A stretch of 64,000 nucleotides of DNA from the human T2T-CHM13v2.0 reference genome, Homo sapiens. Every line of letters starts with the position of its first letter. Positions within the stretch are counted from its first letter, which is position 1. Of this stretch, positions 16,130 to 28,978 are shown one piece after another. The notes beneath the pieces are model-generated. The model saw only the letters and a program-made list of their open reading frames with translations. It ran no database searches and was not told the origin of the DNA. The position numbers were made by a program, and so were the translations under genes. The stretch is from assembly GCF_009914755.1 (NCBI RefSeq), contig NC_060939.1. The stretch is one strand, 5' to 3'.

Positions 16130-16868
16130 AGCTGTGTTGTTACATGTGGTATCCATTAGCCATATGTGGCTCTTGAGTGTTTGAATTATGGTTATTCTGA
16201 ATTTAAATGTGCTGTATGTGCAAAACACACTGTGTTAGTCTGTTTGCATTGCTGTAAGGGAATAACTTAGACTGGATAATTTATAAAGAAAAGAGGCTTA
16301 TTTTGACTCATAGTTCTGCAGACGTACAAGAAGCATACTGCTGGCATCTGCTTCCAGATGAGTGTGTCAGGAATGTTACAGTCATGGTGAAAGGGAAAAG
16401 GGGAGCAAGCTTGTCACATGGTAAGAGGAGAAGCAGGAGAGAGTGGGTGGGGGGAGGTACTACACTCTTGAACAACCAGATCTTGCGTGAACTCAGAGTG
16501 AGAACTCACTACCAAGAGGAGGGCACCAAGTCGTTCATGAGACATCTGCTCCCATGACCCAAACACCTCTCACCAAGTCCCACCTCCAACATTAGGGGTT
16601 ACATTTCAACATGAGATATGGGTGGGGACAGATATCCAAATCATATCACACACACTGAATGTTAGGGATGTAGGTTGGAAAAACATATATGAAAATCTCA
16701 CTTTTTAAATATCAGTTACATCCTGAAGTGATAATATTATGAGTGTATTGGGTGGTATACAATATTGTATTAAAATTAATTTCACCTTCTTTTTCCTTTA
16801 CAGTGTAGTTACTAGAAAATTAAAACTTACATTTTAGGTTCATAATATGTTTCTTTTGGGCAGTGCTG
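16130..16868. mobile_element. MER33-like hAT-Charlie element split by an MST LTR
   Basis: TAGCCATATGTGGCT, AAATGTGCTGTATGTGCAAAACACAC, ATTAAAATTAATTTCACC, terminal GGGCAGTGCTG. Confidence 0.7.
16231..16648. mobile_element. MST (MaLR) solo LTR with 5-bp TSD
   Basis: TGTGTTAGTCTGTTTGCATTGCT ... ATCCAAATCATATCA; CACAC at 16226-16230 and 16649-16653. Confidence 0.88.
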
Positions 16869-17659
16869 CTCTAGAATCCCTCTGCAGATTTCAGGAGCAC
16901 TTTCTCTCCTGAGTACCATCCTTTTTGCTAATCTGTCGCACAAATTCCCATTACCTCAGACTTCCTGAATTTTTATCTGTCTCTTGTACTCCGTGAGTCT
17001 CCGTATTCTTCTTGGCTTCCCTTTTCTGCACTGTCGTCCTGACTGTGCATCCAAGCATTTGTAGAGACACTTTCCCTTTTTCCAGGCCTCACAGTGCGGG
17101 GCTGTTCATTGTCTGATGTTTTAAAATTGTAGTTTTATATATTTTATCAGTTTTCTAGTTTAGTTCAATGGGAGAGCATGTCCGATACCAGTTACTACAT
17201 CATGCCTGGTAGCAAATATCTTAAGGCATGAGGAGTTGGGTGCCCATATGAGTTCACCCTTATTTGGAATTAAAAATACCCGTTGCAACTAATCCTAAAT
17301 TTTGATTACAAGTGAAATTCATAATTTTGTGAGTTTCATTTTGGATTGACTTTGGAACTGTTTTCATGTAGAAACTTTTGTTTTCTTTGACACTGCATTA
17401 TGCTCAGTACAGAAGCATCCAGTGAAATTTTGATAGTTTTTGAATGTAAGGTAGTTCAAATAGTTTGAACACTGATTGAAGTCATTTCATTTAACCATTC
17501 CTACTAGTATGGAAAATTGGAAGCTGAGTTAAGTTGTACCGTGGTATAAAACATGATATTCAACATTTAAATGTCCTTGATAATGCTTCAAAGGTCTTGT
17601 TTCTTTCAGGAGTACCTTCTATTAAAAAAGATGTTTTGTTTTGTTTTTAATCACCTATT

Positions 17660-18489
17660 TGAGATAGGTAAAAAACAAATTATTTTTTTTTTGTACTCTT
17701 TCACACACCACTCACCACAGGATACGTTGCCTTCGGTCACCAAAACGTGTGTGAGGGTTTCCCACTTACCAAGTAGTTCTCCAGTGGACACCAGCTGGAT
17801 TTCCTATAATTCAGTTCAATTCTGATACTATCTACCTGGAGATGGCATCATATCCTACAGGTTGAGGGCTCAGCCTGACAAGACTGACCCACTTCAGATG
17901 CCAACTACAAGTCCCTGGTTGTGATCAGTACTTCTGATCAATTGGCTGTAAATCAGGGGTTCTCACTACCCCTTCTTCTGGTTTGATTAATTTGCTAGAG
18001 CAGCTCACAGAACTCAGGGAAACACTTTACTTATGTTTACCCATTTATCGTGAAGGATATAGATGAATGACCAGATGGAAGAGATGCATAGGGCAAGGTG
18101 TATAGAAAGGGGCACAGAGCTTCCATCCTCTATCTGGTTGTGCTACCGTCTAGGAACCTCCACGTGTTCAGCAATCTGGAAGCACTCCAAACCCTGTCCT
18201 TTCTTTCTTTTTTTTTTTTTTTTTTTGAAGGGTTTGTTACCTAGGCATGATTGATTACATACATCATTGACCGTTGGTAATCAACTCAACCTTCAGTCTC
18301 TCTCCCCTCCCCAGAGGTTGGGAGTTGGGGCTGAAAACATCAACCCTCTGTTCATGCCTAGGTCTTTCTGATGACCAGCACACGTATTGAAGCTACCTAG
18401 GGCCCCCTAGTCACTAGTCATTTCACTGGCATGCAAGAGACACTTGCCACTCCAGCAGAAACCAAATATGTATTTCTTATTACATCACA
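17660..18489. mobile_element. MER21-family solo LTR
   Basis: TG...CA ends; GGACACCAGCTGG, AATTCAGTTCAATTCTGATACTATCTACCTGGAG, CTCACAGAACTCAGGGAAACA; flanks CTATT/TTATT. Confidence 0.78.
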
Positions 18490-18809
18490 TTATTTCTATC
18501 TGTGTGATTTGTGTGATATTGTATAATTTTTAGTTCTGGTAATTGTCATATAGAAACTCTAAATATATTTTAAAGGGTGTTATGAAATTATCAGTAATTG
18601 TAAATACTTCAAAGCAGGTGTCTGTCTACATGTTCATGGTCTCTATCATATATAGGTATTGATGTACAACGTATATCTGAACCTGCTCAAATGTACTGGT
18701 CCTCTGAGACTGAATTTGCTTTGCTGTCTTGAATCTATTGCTATAGTAGGCATTCATTTTTTTTCCACCTCTTTATTCACCAAAAGCATTTACTGAATTG
18801 TGGTTATGT

Positions 18810-19015
18810 ATAGCAGTTAAAAGCATTCCTGGATTCTAATCCTGGCTTCACCACTTTACTAGCTGAATACCTTGGGAAGTTGCTTCTTTAGTATTTGCGT
18901 TCCCTCTTGAGAATAGTAATGGGGTAATAATGAGGTTGTTGTTGGCATTACATCAGGTAATGACATGTAAAGCAATTAGTATGCTGATTAGCATATGATA
19001 AATACTCAAGTATTA
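18810..19015 (+). mobile_element. MIR
   Basis: CTGGATTCTAATCCTGGCTTCACCACTTTACTAGCTG...CCTTGGGAAGTTGCTT. Confidence 0.65.
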
Positions 19016-19129
19016 CTGCTGCTCTTGTAGTTGTTGTTATTATGTTAGGCTTTCCCTGGATGCATTGTCTATAGTTTTAATCTCCTTCCTCTGGCAGTAC
19101 TTCCTTCCCTGCTTAATTTTTTTTTCTCA

Positions 19130-19320
19130 TTAAGGACTTTTCCACCAACCTACCACCTATATTATATATTCCTTATTCACCTTGTACTATAGGTCTCCCC
19201 ACTAGAATGTAAGCTCTATGAAGTCAGGAATAGGGATAGGGATTGATTCCTAGCACCTAGAAAAGTGCCTGGAATATGTTGGATGCTTAGTAAAAATTTT
19301 CCAAATGAATTATATTGAAT
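19130..19320 (+). mobile_element. L2 3' end
   Basis: CCCACTAGAATGTAAGCTCTATGAAG...CCTAGCACCTAGAAAAGTGCCTGG...AAATGAAT. Confidence 0.7.
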
Positions 19321-20239
19321 CCTGGGCCAGATATTGAGTAGATATTGGGGATATAAAAAGAACAAAGTACAAAGTTCCTTCTTTTAAAAAAGCATATGGT
19401 ATAATAGAGGAGACTCATACTTGTACAACTAACTACAATAATTTTACCCCCTGGGAGTGATGGTGATAGTTAAGGTGTACTGAAGATGGCGTCACAGAAC
19501 GCGTCATTGAAGTGTACGTTTGATCTATATAAGAGACACAGGGGAAAGTTATTTCCAGGTGGAGGTAAAAACAAAGTTAAAGAGCTTAACAGTCTCAGCA
19601 ATGGCTTGTTGTCTAGGTTAACAGTGTGTGTCAACGGGTAGTCGAGGGAGATAGGGATAGCAATTAGAGGACCAGGCTGTCTCCCTTTTAGGTGGGTGGA
19701 AGCAACGGGATTTGAAGGCTCAGTGTATGAAATTTGATGATAACTGACTCAGCACTAACATTCTAGTTTAGTTTTTTTTTTTAAAGAGCGTGTCTCATTA
19801 CAGATTATTGTAAAATAACTATAAAAACTTGATTTTTTACAGTATTGTCTTTTAGAAACTACTTGAAAACTAGGTACAACATACATCATCAGTAACAGTA
19901 CATTTATATAATTGAGGAATGCATTTTGAGATGAGAATATGTACTGTGATGTGTAACTATCAAATTTGTGTTTAATCACTTGTTTGCCATGGGCCAAATA
20001 GCTAAATTTTGGCTTTACTTTGAATGATTGTATTTTAGAAGTTGGTAATGCAACTAAATTTGAGGAATTTTTTTCTGCATTTTAGTACCATTAGATTAAA
20101 AGCTGAAATTGGTGTTTTAAAGTAAGCTCCTTTTACCTTTGCAAAAAAAAAAAACTTGTTTATGTGTTTTTATGTCTTTTACAGTTTGGGTTTTTAATAC
20201 TTAATTTGTTAGTATAAAAAGAATACTTGGCAGTTTGTG

Positions 20240-20460
20240 TTTTTCCCGCCCCCAGAGGAGGTGTCCGTTTCCAAATAGAAACAAAATCAGGGTCATAATA
20301 ATTAATACTGCTGAATCAGATTCAAAAGATTGGTGTTTCTGTGGATAAATTACCATTTTCATTTGATGAAATGGATTTACTTGGGGATTGGTTGAATCAC
20401 CGGATCATGCAATTCTAAATTATTGTGTTAGCATTATAATTGATCCTGGCCAATAGGAGC
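20240..20460. promoter_or_regulatory. Candidate intronic promoter/enhancer: E2F + GC box + CHR-like + three CCAAT boxes
   Basis: TTTCCCGC 20242-20249; CCCGCCCC 20245-20252; TTCAAA 20321-20326; ATTGG 20329-20333 and 20387-20391; GGCCAATAGG 20448-20457. Motifs only; function is inferred. Confidence 0.35.
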
Positions 20461-20577
20461 GAGGAGAGAGATAGCTTTCCTTTTTCTACCTGAATGTCCT
20501 GCTCTATCTTCAAGCAAGAATGTAGCAGGGCTGGATTATTGTTTGTGCACCTAATCCATTGAGCAGTGTTCACTAGT

Positions 20578-21565
20578 TGTTGCGAGAAGTCAGGGACCCC
20601 AAACGGAGGGACTGGCTGAAGCCATGGCAGAAGAACGTGGATTGTGAAGATTTCATGGACATTTGTTAGTTCCCCAAATTAATACTTTTGTAATTTCTTA
20701 TGCCTGTCTTTACTTCAGTCTCTTAATCCTGTCAGCTGAGGAGGATTATATCATCTCAGGACCCTGTAATAATTGCATTAACTGCACAAATTATACAGCA
20801 TGTGTGTTTGAGCAGTATGAAATGTGGGCACCTTGAAAAAAAGAACAGGATAACAGCAATGTTTAGGCAGCAAGAGAGATAACCTTAAACTCTGACTGCC
20901 GGTGAGCCGGGTGGAACAGAGCCATATTTCTCTTCTTTCAAAAGCAAATGGGAGAAATATCGCTGAATTCTTTTTCTCAGCATGGAACATCCCTGAGAAA
21001 GAGAATGCGCACCTGGGGGTGGGTCTCTGAACTGGCCCCCCGGGTGTGGTCGTCTCTTATGGTCAAGACTGCAGAGGTGAAATAGACTCCAGTCTCCCAT
21101 AGCGCTCCCAGGCTCATTAGGAAGAGGAAATTCCCGCCTAATAAATTTTGGTCAGAGACCAGTTGATCTCAAAACCCTGTCTCCTGATAAGATGTTATCA
21201 GTGACAATGGTGCCCGAAACTTCATTAGCAATTTTAATTTCACCTCGGTCCTGTGGTCCTGTGATCTCGTGATCTCGCCCTGCCTCCACTTGCCTTGTCA
21301 TATTCTATTACCTTGTAAAGTACTTGATGTCTGTGACCCACACCTATTCGCACACTCCCTCCCCTTTTGAAACTCCCTAATAAAAACTTGCTGGTTTTTG
21401 TGGCTTGGGGGGCATCACGGAACCTACCGACATGTGATGTCTCCCCTGGACGCCCAGCTTTAAAATTTCTCTCTTTTGTACTCTGTCCCTTTATTTCTCA
21501 AGCTGGCCGACGCTTAAGGAAAATAGAAAAGAACCTACATGAATATTGGGGCAGATTCCCCGATA
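20578..21565 (+). mobile_element. MER11 (HERV-K11/HML-8) solo LTR, sense to the gene, 6-bp TSD
   Basis: Starts TGTTGCGAGAAGTCAGGGACCCC, ends TTCCCCGATA; ACTAGT at 20572-20577 and 21566-21571; AATAAA 21379-21384. Confidence 0.9.
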
Positions 21566-22167
21566 ACTAGTGTTCCTTTATTAATGTGAATCATAGACAG
21601 CCATCAGTCTTCTATTCATTTTTGTAGTTTTGTGTTAATTTCATTGTTCCCTTTAAAATATAGCTAGCTAGTGAAAATTACAAATATACACATTGTATTG
21701 AAATACAGGTATATTTTATGGTGATAACAATTATTTCACAATTTTCTTGATGAAAACAATATGGTGAACATTTTAAACTATTTAAAACAAGTTTAGTTTA
21801 TTGAAACTAGTAAGTTCAATAGGCTATACGCACAGTACAGATAAATATAAAGCATAACATGATACAGAGGATAGGAAAATGGGACCTAGGAAACCAATTT
21901 TTGAATCTCGCGATGCAAAGAATATTACTGAACATTTGAGTAATACTTCCTGAAGAAAAAGGATTCGTAATAGTAGAGATACTCAGTTGGCTGACGTTTT
22001 GTTTTATTCCAAATAAATGACTTTTTAAAATTTAATTTTCATTTAACAGTATTTGTGGAGCTTTCTGCTAGGAATGGTGTTGAGTGCTAGAATTTTGTAT
22101 AATGTATATTTAATTCAGCTTTGGAGTCAAGAACAATAATGCATCTCAAATTTTTTTCTTTTTTAAG

Positions 22168-22249
22168 GAATTGCATTTTGTGAAAAAAGAACAAGAATTT
22201 TCTGCAAGGATCATATCTAAGTGCACTTTTTGCTGATACTTCATTTCTA
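22168..22249 (+). other. MEF2A: MEF2A non-coding 5'UTR exon (82 nt)
   Basis: Acceptor TTTTTTTCTTTTTTAAG|G and donor CTA|GTAAGA; joined to 56714 it matches my recollection of the MEF2A leader (...CTTCATTTCTA-ATCTTGTAG...). Confidence 0.85.
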
Positions 22250-22863
22250 GTAAGACATTTTTTCTTTTCTATGTTAAGTAGATACAATGGAAATGTATTT
22301 TAAAAATCAGGCTGTTCTTGTGAGATTGAATGGCAGTTATTTTAGAGGTTTTCTTGGGGGCGAGGGGGGCTTAATTTAGACCCAGTTGAGGAAATTTGTA
22401 AAATTCGGTTGAAATGCGTAATATTGTGTAGTGGCAGTTTCTCTTATATTTTGTCTGACGCTGCTGAAATCATCTCATATTTTTTCATCTTTCACACTTC
22501 TTCCATATTCTCTATCAGTTAACCTCTATTTGAAGAAAGAAGAAAAAAAATTAAGTAGGTAGTTGGTAGTTACTGAGACAGTTAATAGGATGAAGGGAGA
22601 GTTGGGGGACATGAGTTACATGAGCTGAGGAAAGATTTTCAAGTGAAAGATGACATGCATGTCTAGCCATATCTCATGAAGCATGGGAAAGGTCAAATAG
22701 AAAAAGCAAATTTTAGGGGATCTTTTAAAAATGTGGACATTTTTAATGACTTGGAATTTACTGCCTTAAATTAATGGGTTCATATTTGCAAAGCTCAGGA
22801 GGAGACTATTTTGATTAAAAAACTTACATTGGCCTAGGTTAACATTCACAGTATCTCAGTAAG

Positions 22864-22913
22864 ATGTGTAGTCCTCAAAAGTTTTCATATGTGTAGTCCT
22901 CAAAAGTTTTCAT
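22864..22913. repeat. Perfect 25-bp tandem duplication
   Basis: ATGTGTAGTCCTCAAAAGTTTTCAT x2. Confidence 0.95.
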
Positions 22914-23517
22914 GAGTGAAACCTTACCTGAATTCCACCTTCTACTTAAAATGGAAAAGAAGTGAATTATATTAATGCTAGAATATTTTAAAATAAGTAA
23001 TTTTGAAAAATGTTAGGGGATATTCTGCAGTGTGTTATAATAAGTTAACATTAGCATTTTAAATATTAGATATCATTGATCCAGGCTGATGATTATGTCA
23101 GTAAAAATCTTGGAAAAGGTATCTTAAAAATTTTTATTTTGCCCATTTCAGGAATACTTTTGCTACTTAACATAGGTCTAAATTTTTTTTCTTGAATGAT
23201 TAAATAGTAGAAAGAAATCACATTTTACAAACTTAGAAAAATGAGTTCTTTGTTGAAGTATGATATTCTGACATCAGTTTCATATGGTTATATATTTTTC
23301 TTGTTATAACTTGACTGAAGAACAGCCCATTTAATGATTGATAATCTTTAGTTTAGGAGACTAGGAGAAAAAGGCCTGTTTATCCAACTGATGCAAAGTA
23401 CCTTCAGTTTAAAACTTGTGTATGTGTAGGTGGGATGGGAACAGTGGAGTTTAATTCTCATTTTAAAATATAAACCTTGGTTAGTCTTCTGTAAATCTTT
23501 TTCTTTTCTCATCATTA

Positions 23518-23800
23518 CAGTTGGCCCTCTCTACCCATAGGTTCCTCATCTGTGGATCAACCAACTGTGGATTAAAAAATACCCTATACTTCAAAACAAT
23601 AAAAAATAATACACCAATAAAAAATTTTACATTGCATTAGATATTATAAATATTCTAGAGATGATTCAAAATATAGGAGGATTTATGTAGGTTGTATGCA
23701 AATACTGCACCATTTTTATATAAGAGACTTGAGTGTCCTAGGATTTTGGTATCCATGGAGGATCCTGGAACCAATTTCCCACTCCACAGATACTAAGCAA
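23518..23800. mobile_element. Tigger4-like DNA transposon fossil
   Basis: TA|CAGTTGGCCCTC..., TAGAGATGATTCAAAATATA, GGATTTTGGTATCCATGG, CCTGGAACCAAT. Confidence 0.7.
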
Positions 23801-25535
23801 GGATTTTACTTAAATTTCTCACCTGTTTGTTTTGTTCATTAACTGCTGGAAACTGAGTGATATGAGCTAAAGCACTCATGCCCTTAGCTGAGAACTCTGT
23901 ACTTTCTCTGAACCTCAGTGATGGCTGTGGGTATAACTTCAGATGTTATATTTTGAGTCATGTTTAGATTTTAGGGAATTCTCTATGCTGCTTCCTCTAC
24001 TAGTCTCTAAGGATGTAGACAGTGTCTTATCCTTCATGACGGGCCTTCTATGGTTCTATGGGTTGTGCCTGAGTTAATAACTACTTGTTTAGGAGTTACT
24101 CTTGAGTGTTTAGATTGGAAATGTCCTTTCTTTTTGAATAGATTCGTATGTTAACTGGCGAAGCTCAGATTAGAGATTTTCTTTACAATTCTGCTGCAGT
24201 AGAAATTGAAGGTTTGTCATAGGGATTAGACAGAATTTCTCCTGGCTTTCCTTCATGTCTTGGAACTTCTTTGGACTACTACATTGAGGTCAGTGATCCA
24301 TTTTGAATTAATTTTTGTATATGGTGTGAGGTAAGGGTTGAAGTTTATTTCTTTGAATATAGATATCATATTGTTCCAGCAGTTTTTTTGAAAACATTAT
24401 ATTTTCCCCTGTTGAATTATCATGGCACCATTGTTGAACATTAATTGGCCATTATGTGTGGGTCTGTTTCAGGACTCTGTTCTGCTGATCTATATGACAG
24501 TGCTTCACTGTCTTGATTACTGAAGCTTTTATAGTAAATCTTAAAATCTGGTAATGTAAATCCTCTAAGTTTGTTCTTCTGTTTCAAAGTTGTTTCTTCT
24601 ATTCTGGATCCTTTTTATTTCTTTCTATGTAGTTTAGAATCAGCTTCTTAATTTCTACAAAAAAAGCCTAACAGGATCTTGATTATGAATGTTTTTACCC
24701 TAGAGATCAATTTGGGAGAATTGACCTCTTAAGGATATTGAATCTTATTAATGCGTGAGCTTGGTACCTCTATTCATTTAAGTCATCTTTACTTTTTCTC
24801 AGCAGTGTCTTGTAGTTTTCAGTGCAATGGTCTGACACATAGTTTGTTAAATTCATCTCTAATTATTTTAACTTTGTTATTATAAATGGGAATTTAAAAG
24901 AATATCAGTTTCCAATTGATTGATGCTAGTCTACAGAGATAGAATTGATTTTTATATAAAACTTTATAATTTGTAATATTGCTAAATTAATTATTAGTGC
25001 TAGTGGCTTTTTTGTAGATTTCTTCAAATCATCTGTGTAGATCATTATCTTCTCTGTGAATAAAGACTATCTTATTTCCTCCATTTAAATTTATGCACCT
25101 TTTATTACTTTTGCTTGCTCTATTAGACTGGTTAGTAGTCCCAGTGCAATGTTGAATAGAAGTGGTGAGAACTAACATCCTTGCCTTGCTTCTGATCTTA
25201 GGTGGAAAACTTTGAGTTTTTCACCAGGTCTTGGTCAGAGTTTTTTTTTTTTTTTTTTTTCGTTTTCACGAGTAGGTGTTGAATTTTGGCCAAATGTTTT
25301 TTCTGCATCTATTAATATGGTCACCTACCTCCCCTCCTGTTTGTCTGTGCATATGGTCAGTTACATTGATTGATTTTAAATATTGAACCAACCATTCATG
25401 TATTCTTAGGATAATTATCACTTGGTCATGATGTGTTATACTTTTTGTGTATTGCTGGATTCACTTGCTAAAATTGCGTTGACTCTTTTAAAAAGTCTAC
25501 ATTCATAGAAGGCATTGGATTGTAGTTTTTGTCTG

Positions 25536-25538
<3 letters not shown>

Positions 25539-25570
<32 letters not shown>
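25539..25570. repeat. (TG)16 microsatellite
   Basis: Read directly from sequence. Confidence 0.97.
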
Positions 25571-25572
<2 letters not shown>

Positions 25573-25719
25573 AGGGTAATGCTGGTCTCAGAATGAGTTA
25601 AAATTTCTTGTTCTTGAAGAATTTGCATAGAATTGATGTTATTTCTTCTTTAGGTGTTTGGTAGAATTCACCAATGAAGACCTCTGGACCTGGAGGTTCT
25701 TTGTGGGAAGGTTTTAAAC

Positions 25720-26364
25720 TGTTACCAGCGGTGAATCTGCATGGGTCTACGGCAACCTCAGTTCTTGCCCTCTCAGAAGAAAGAATTCAACTGAGGGGTA
25801 TAAGGCAGAAGGAGAGACCGAGGCAAGTTTTAGAGCAGGAGTGAAAGTTTATTAAAAAGCTTTAGAGCAGGAATGAAAGGAAGTAAAGAACACTTGGAAG
25901 AGGGCCAAGTGGGCAGCGTGAGAGATCAGTGCGTGGTTTGACCTTTGACTCGGGGTTTTATATGTTGGCATACTTCTGGGGTCTTGTGTCCCTTCTGCCC
26001 TGATTCTTCCCTTGGGGTGGGCTGTCTGCATTCACAGTGGCCTAGCACTTGGGAGGGGAGCCTGTGCAGTGTGTTTACTGAAGTCGTATGTATGCTTCCT
26101 TGAGGTATTCTTCCCTTAACAGTCCAATGTCCCTAGGAAGTCATATACCAGTTAAACGCTACCATTTTGCCTCTTAATGCGCATGCTGGAGCCCATATGT
26201 CCAACTCCTGAGATGTTATAGGGAAGCGGCTGATCACCAGCTTCAGGTGTTTTCTATCTGTTGGGAGACTGCCTTTCACTGGCTTGGGCCGCGACCAATT
26301 ATCATTTTAGAGAGACAGTTTAACAACTGCCTGACCGTCACCTGGTGGTTGCCTGACATTCCTG

Positions 26365-26424
<60 letters not shown>

Positions 26425-26476
26425 GGGTGGGGAGCTTTTTGTGTGTGTGTGTGGGGGGGTGGGGGTGGGGAGCTTT

Positions 26477-26520
<44 letters not shown>

Positions 26521-26574
26521 GGGTGGGGAGCTTTTCCTGCCCTGCTCATGTCTGACTAGCTACCTACTGTAACA
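25720..26574 (-). mobile_element. MER50-like ERV1 solo LTR with 4-bp TSD
   Basis: TGTTACC...CTACCTACTGTAACA; minus strand starts TGTTACAGTAGGTAGCTAGTCAGACATGAGCAGGGCAGG; AAAC at 25716-25719 and 26575-26578. Confidence 0.82.
26364..26535. repeat. Compound repeat [(GT)n + GGGGTGGGGAGCTTTT] x3
   Basis: Anchor motif at 26424-26439, 26462-26477 and 26520-26535, each preceded by a GT tract. Confidence 0.93.
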
Positions 26575-27092
26575 AAACTATGAATTTGGTTTCCTTAACT
26601 GATACAGGGCTATTTGGATTTATGTTAATTCTTGTTAAATAAGCTTTAGTTGTTTGTTTTTCAAGGAATTTGTCTATTTTATGTAAGTTGTCTAATTTAT
26701 TGGCACGAAGTTGTATTTTAGAATCCCTATTATTTTACATTTGAAGAATCTGTAGTGATATTCCCTCTTTCGTTGCTGATATTTGCAAACTTCCTTCTTT
26801 TTCTAAAAGAGTATTTAATCTTTTAATTTTCCTTTGTTTGCATCCTACAATGTTAGTAATGTTGTGTGTTCATTTACATGGAGTTCAGAGTATTTTAAAA
26901 TTTCCATTGTGATTTTTTTTCCTTGACCCACGTCATTTTCAAATATTTGGTTAATTTTCCAGATTTCTTTCTCTTACAGGTTTCTAATTTAATTCTACTG
27001 TTGTCCAAGAACATACTTTGTGTGATGTAAGTTCTTGTCAACTTGTGGAGATTTATTATAAGACACAGTTGTGGTGGTCTGTGTTAGTAAAA

Positions 27093-27486
<394 letters not shown>

Positions 27487-28687
27487 TAAAAATGTTAACT
27501 AGGTCACATTGGTTGATAGTGTTCATTTAAGACTTCTGTGTCCCTTTTGATTTTCTGTTTGTTTCAATAATTTCTGAAAGAGAAGTGTTCAATATTCAAC
27601 TTCAATTGTGGATTTATTTTTCCTTTTACTGGTTCATGTGTTTGGAGGCTCTGTTACTAGGTGCATGCGTAATAAGGGTTTTTATGTTTTCTTGATGAAT
27701 TAGGTCTTTGTCACTATTAAATTTTGTGAAATAGTTTGTGAAATAGTTTGCATAGTTTCTGACAAAAAGTCTGCTGTTCTTACCTTTTGTTCCCAGTATG
27801 TAAGTTTTCTATTTTCTTTGGCTACTCTTAAGACTTTATTACTAGGTTTTAGTCATTTGATTATGATGGGCCTTGTATGGTTTTCTTTGCAATAATGCTG
27901 CCTAGATTTTTTAGTTTATTGTTTAAAACCAAATTTGGAAATGTTTCACCACTATTTCTTCAAATATCCCACTTACTCCAGGTTTTTGTTTTTGTTTCCC
28001 CTGTAATTTTAGTTATATATTTGAAATATTGTCTCTCTTGGCACTGATACTGCTTTTGTTTTTCATTCTTTTCTTTCTGTCTGTGCTTTATTGGTTGGTT
28101 AACAGTACCATGCCTTCAAGTTCACTGATCTTTTCTTCTGCATTGAATAATCCCATCCAGGGTGTTTTTAATTTCTGAAAATCATTTTTCATTTCTGGAA
28201 GTTTTATTTCTTCCATTATTCTCTTCATGTTCTTATTTTTCTTTGTCTTCTGTAACATACTAAGTTTATTTATAATCTTTTTTTAATGCCCTTGTCAGTT
28301 CTGTTAACTTTATCATTTTTGAATCTCTTCATATTGATTGACTTTTATTATATGGGCCACATTTTTTTGCCTCTTCTCATTCCCTATAATGTTTGGATGC
28401 TGGATGTTGTGGTTTGACATTGTTGGGCTTAGGGGTTTTGTTTTTTTTTTTTGGTATCTTCTATATAGTGTTGGACTTTGTTTTTGTACGTGTATAAGTT
28501 AGTATCAGCTGAATCTTTTTGTTTAAGCTTGTCAGTGTTGGTCCAGAGAAGCCTTTTCCGTGGGGTTAATTTACTGCCCATTAAGGTTATATCCTTTTGA
28601 GGGCTATACTCCATGCTCTTCTGAGGATTATTCTCAATTCAAAGTAATCCCAAACAATATTCCAAAAATTTTGTTAGTTTATCTGCT

Positions 28688-28978
28688 TTTGTTGGAGACA
28701 GAGTCTTGCTCTGTCGCTCATCCTGGAGTACAGTGGTGTGAGCTCTGCTCACTGCAACCTCCACCTCCCAGGTTCAAGCTGTTCTCTTGCCTCATCCTCC
28801 CAAGCAGCTGGGACTACAGTCACGCATCACCACACCCAGCTATTTTTTTTGTATTTTTAGTAGCGACGGGGTTTTGCCATGCTGGCCAGGCTGGTCTCGA
28901 ACTCCTGGCCTCAAGTGATCTGGCTGCTTCAGTCTCCCAAAGTGCTGGAATTATAGGTGTGAGCTGCTGCGTCCTGCC
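28688..28978 (-). mobile_element. Alu
   Basis: Antisense dimer consensus; source of ORF 28560..28994. Confidence 0.9.
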
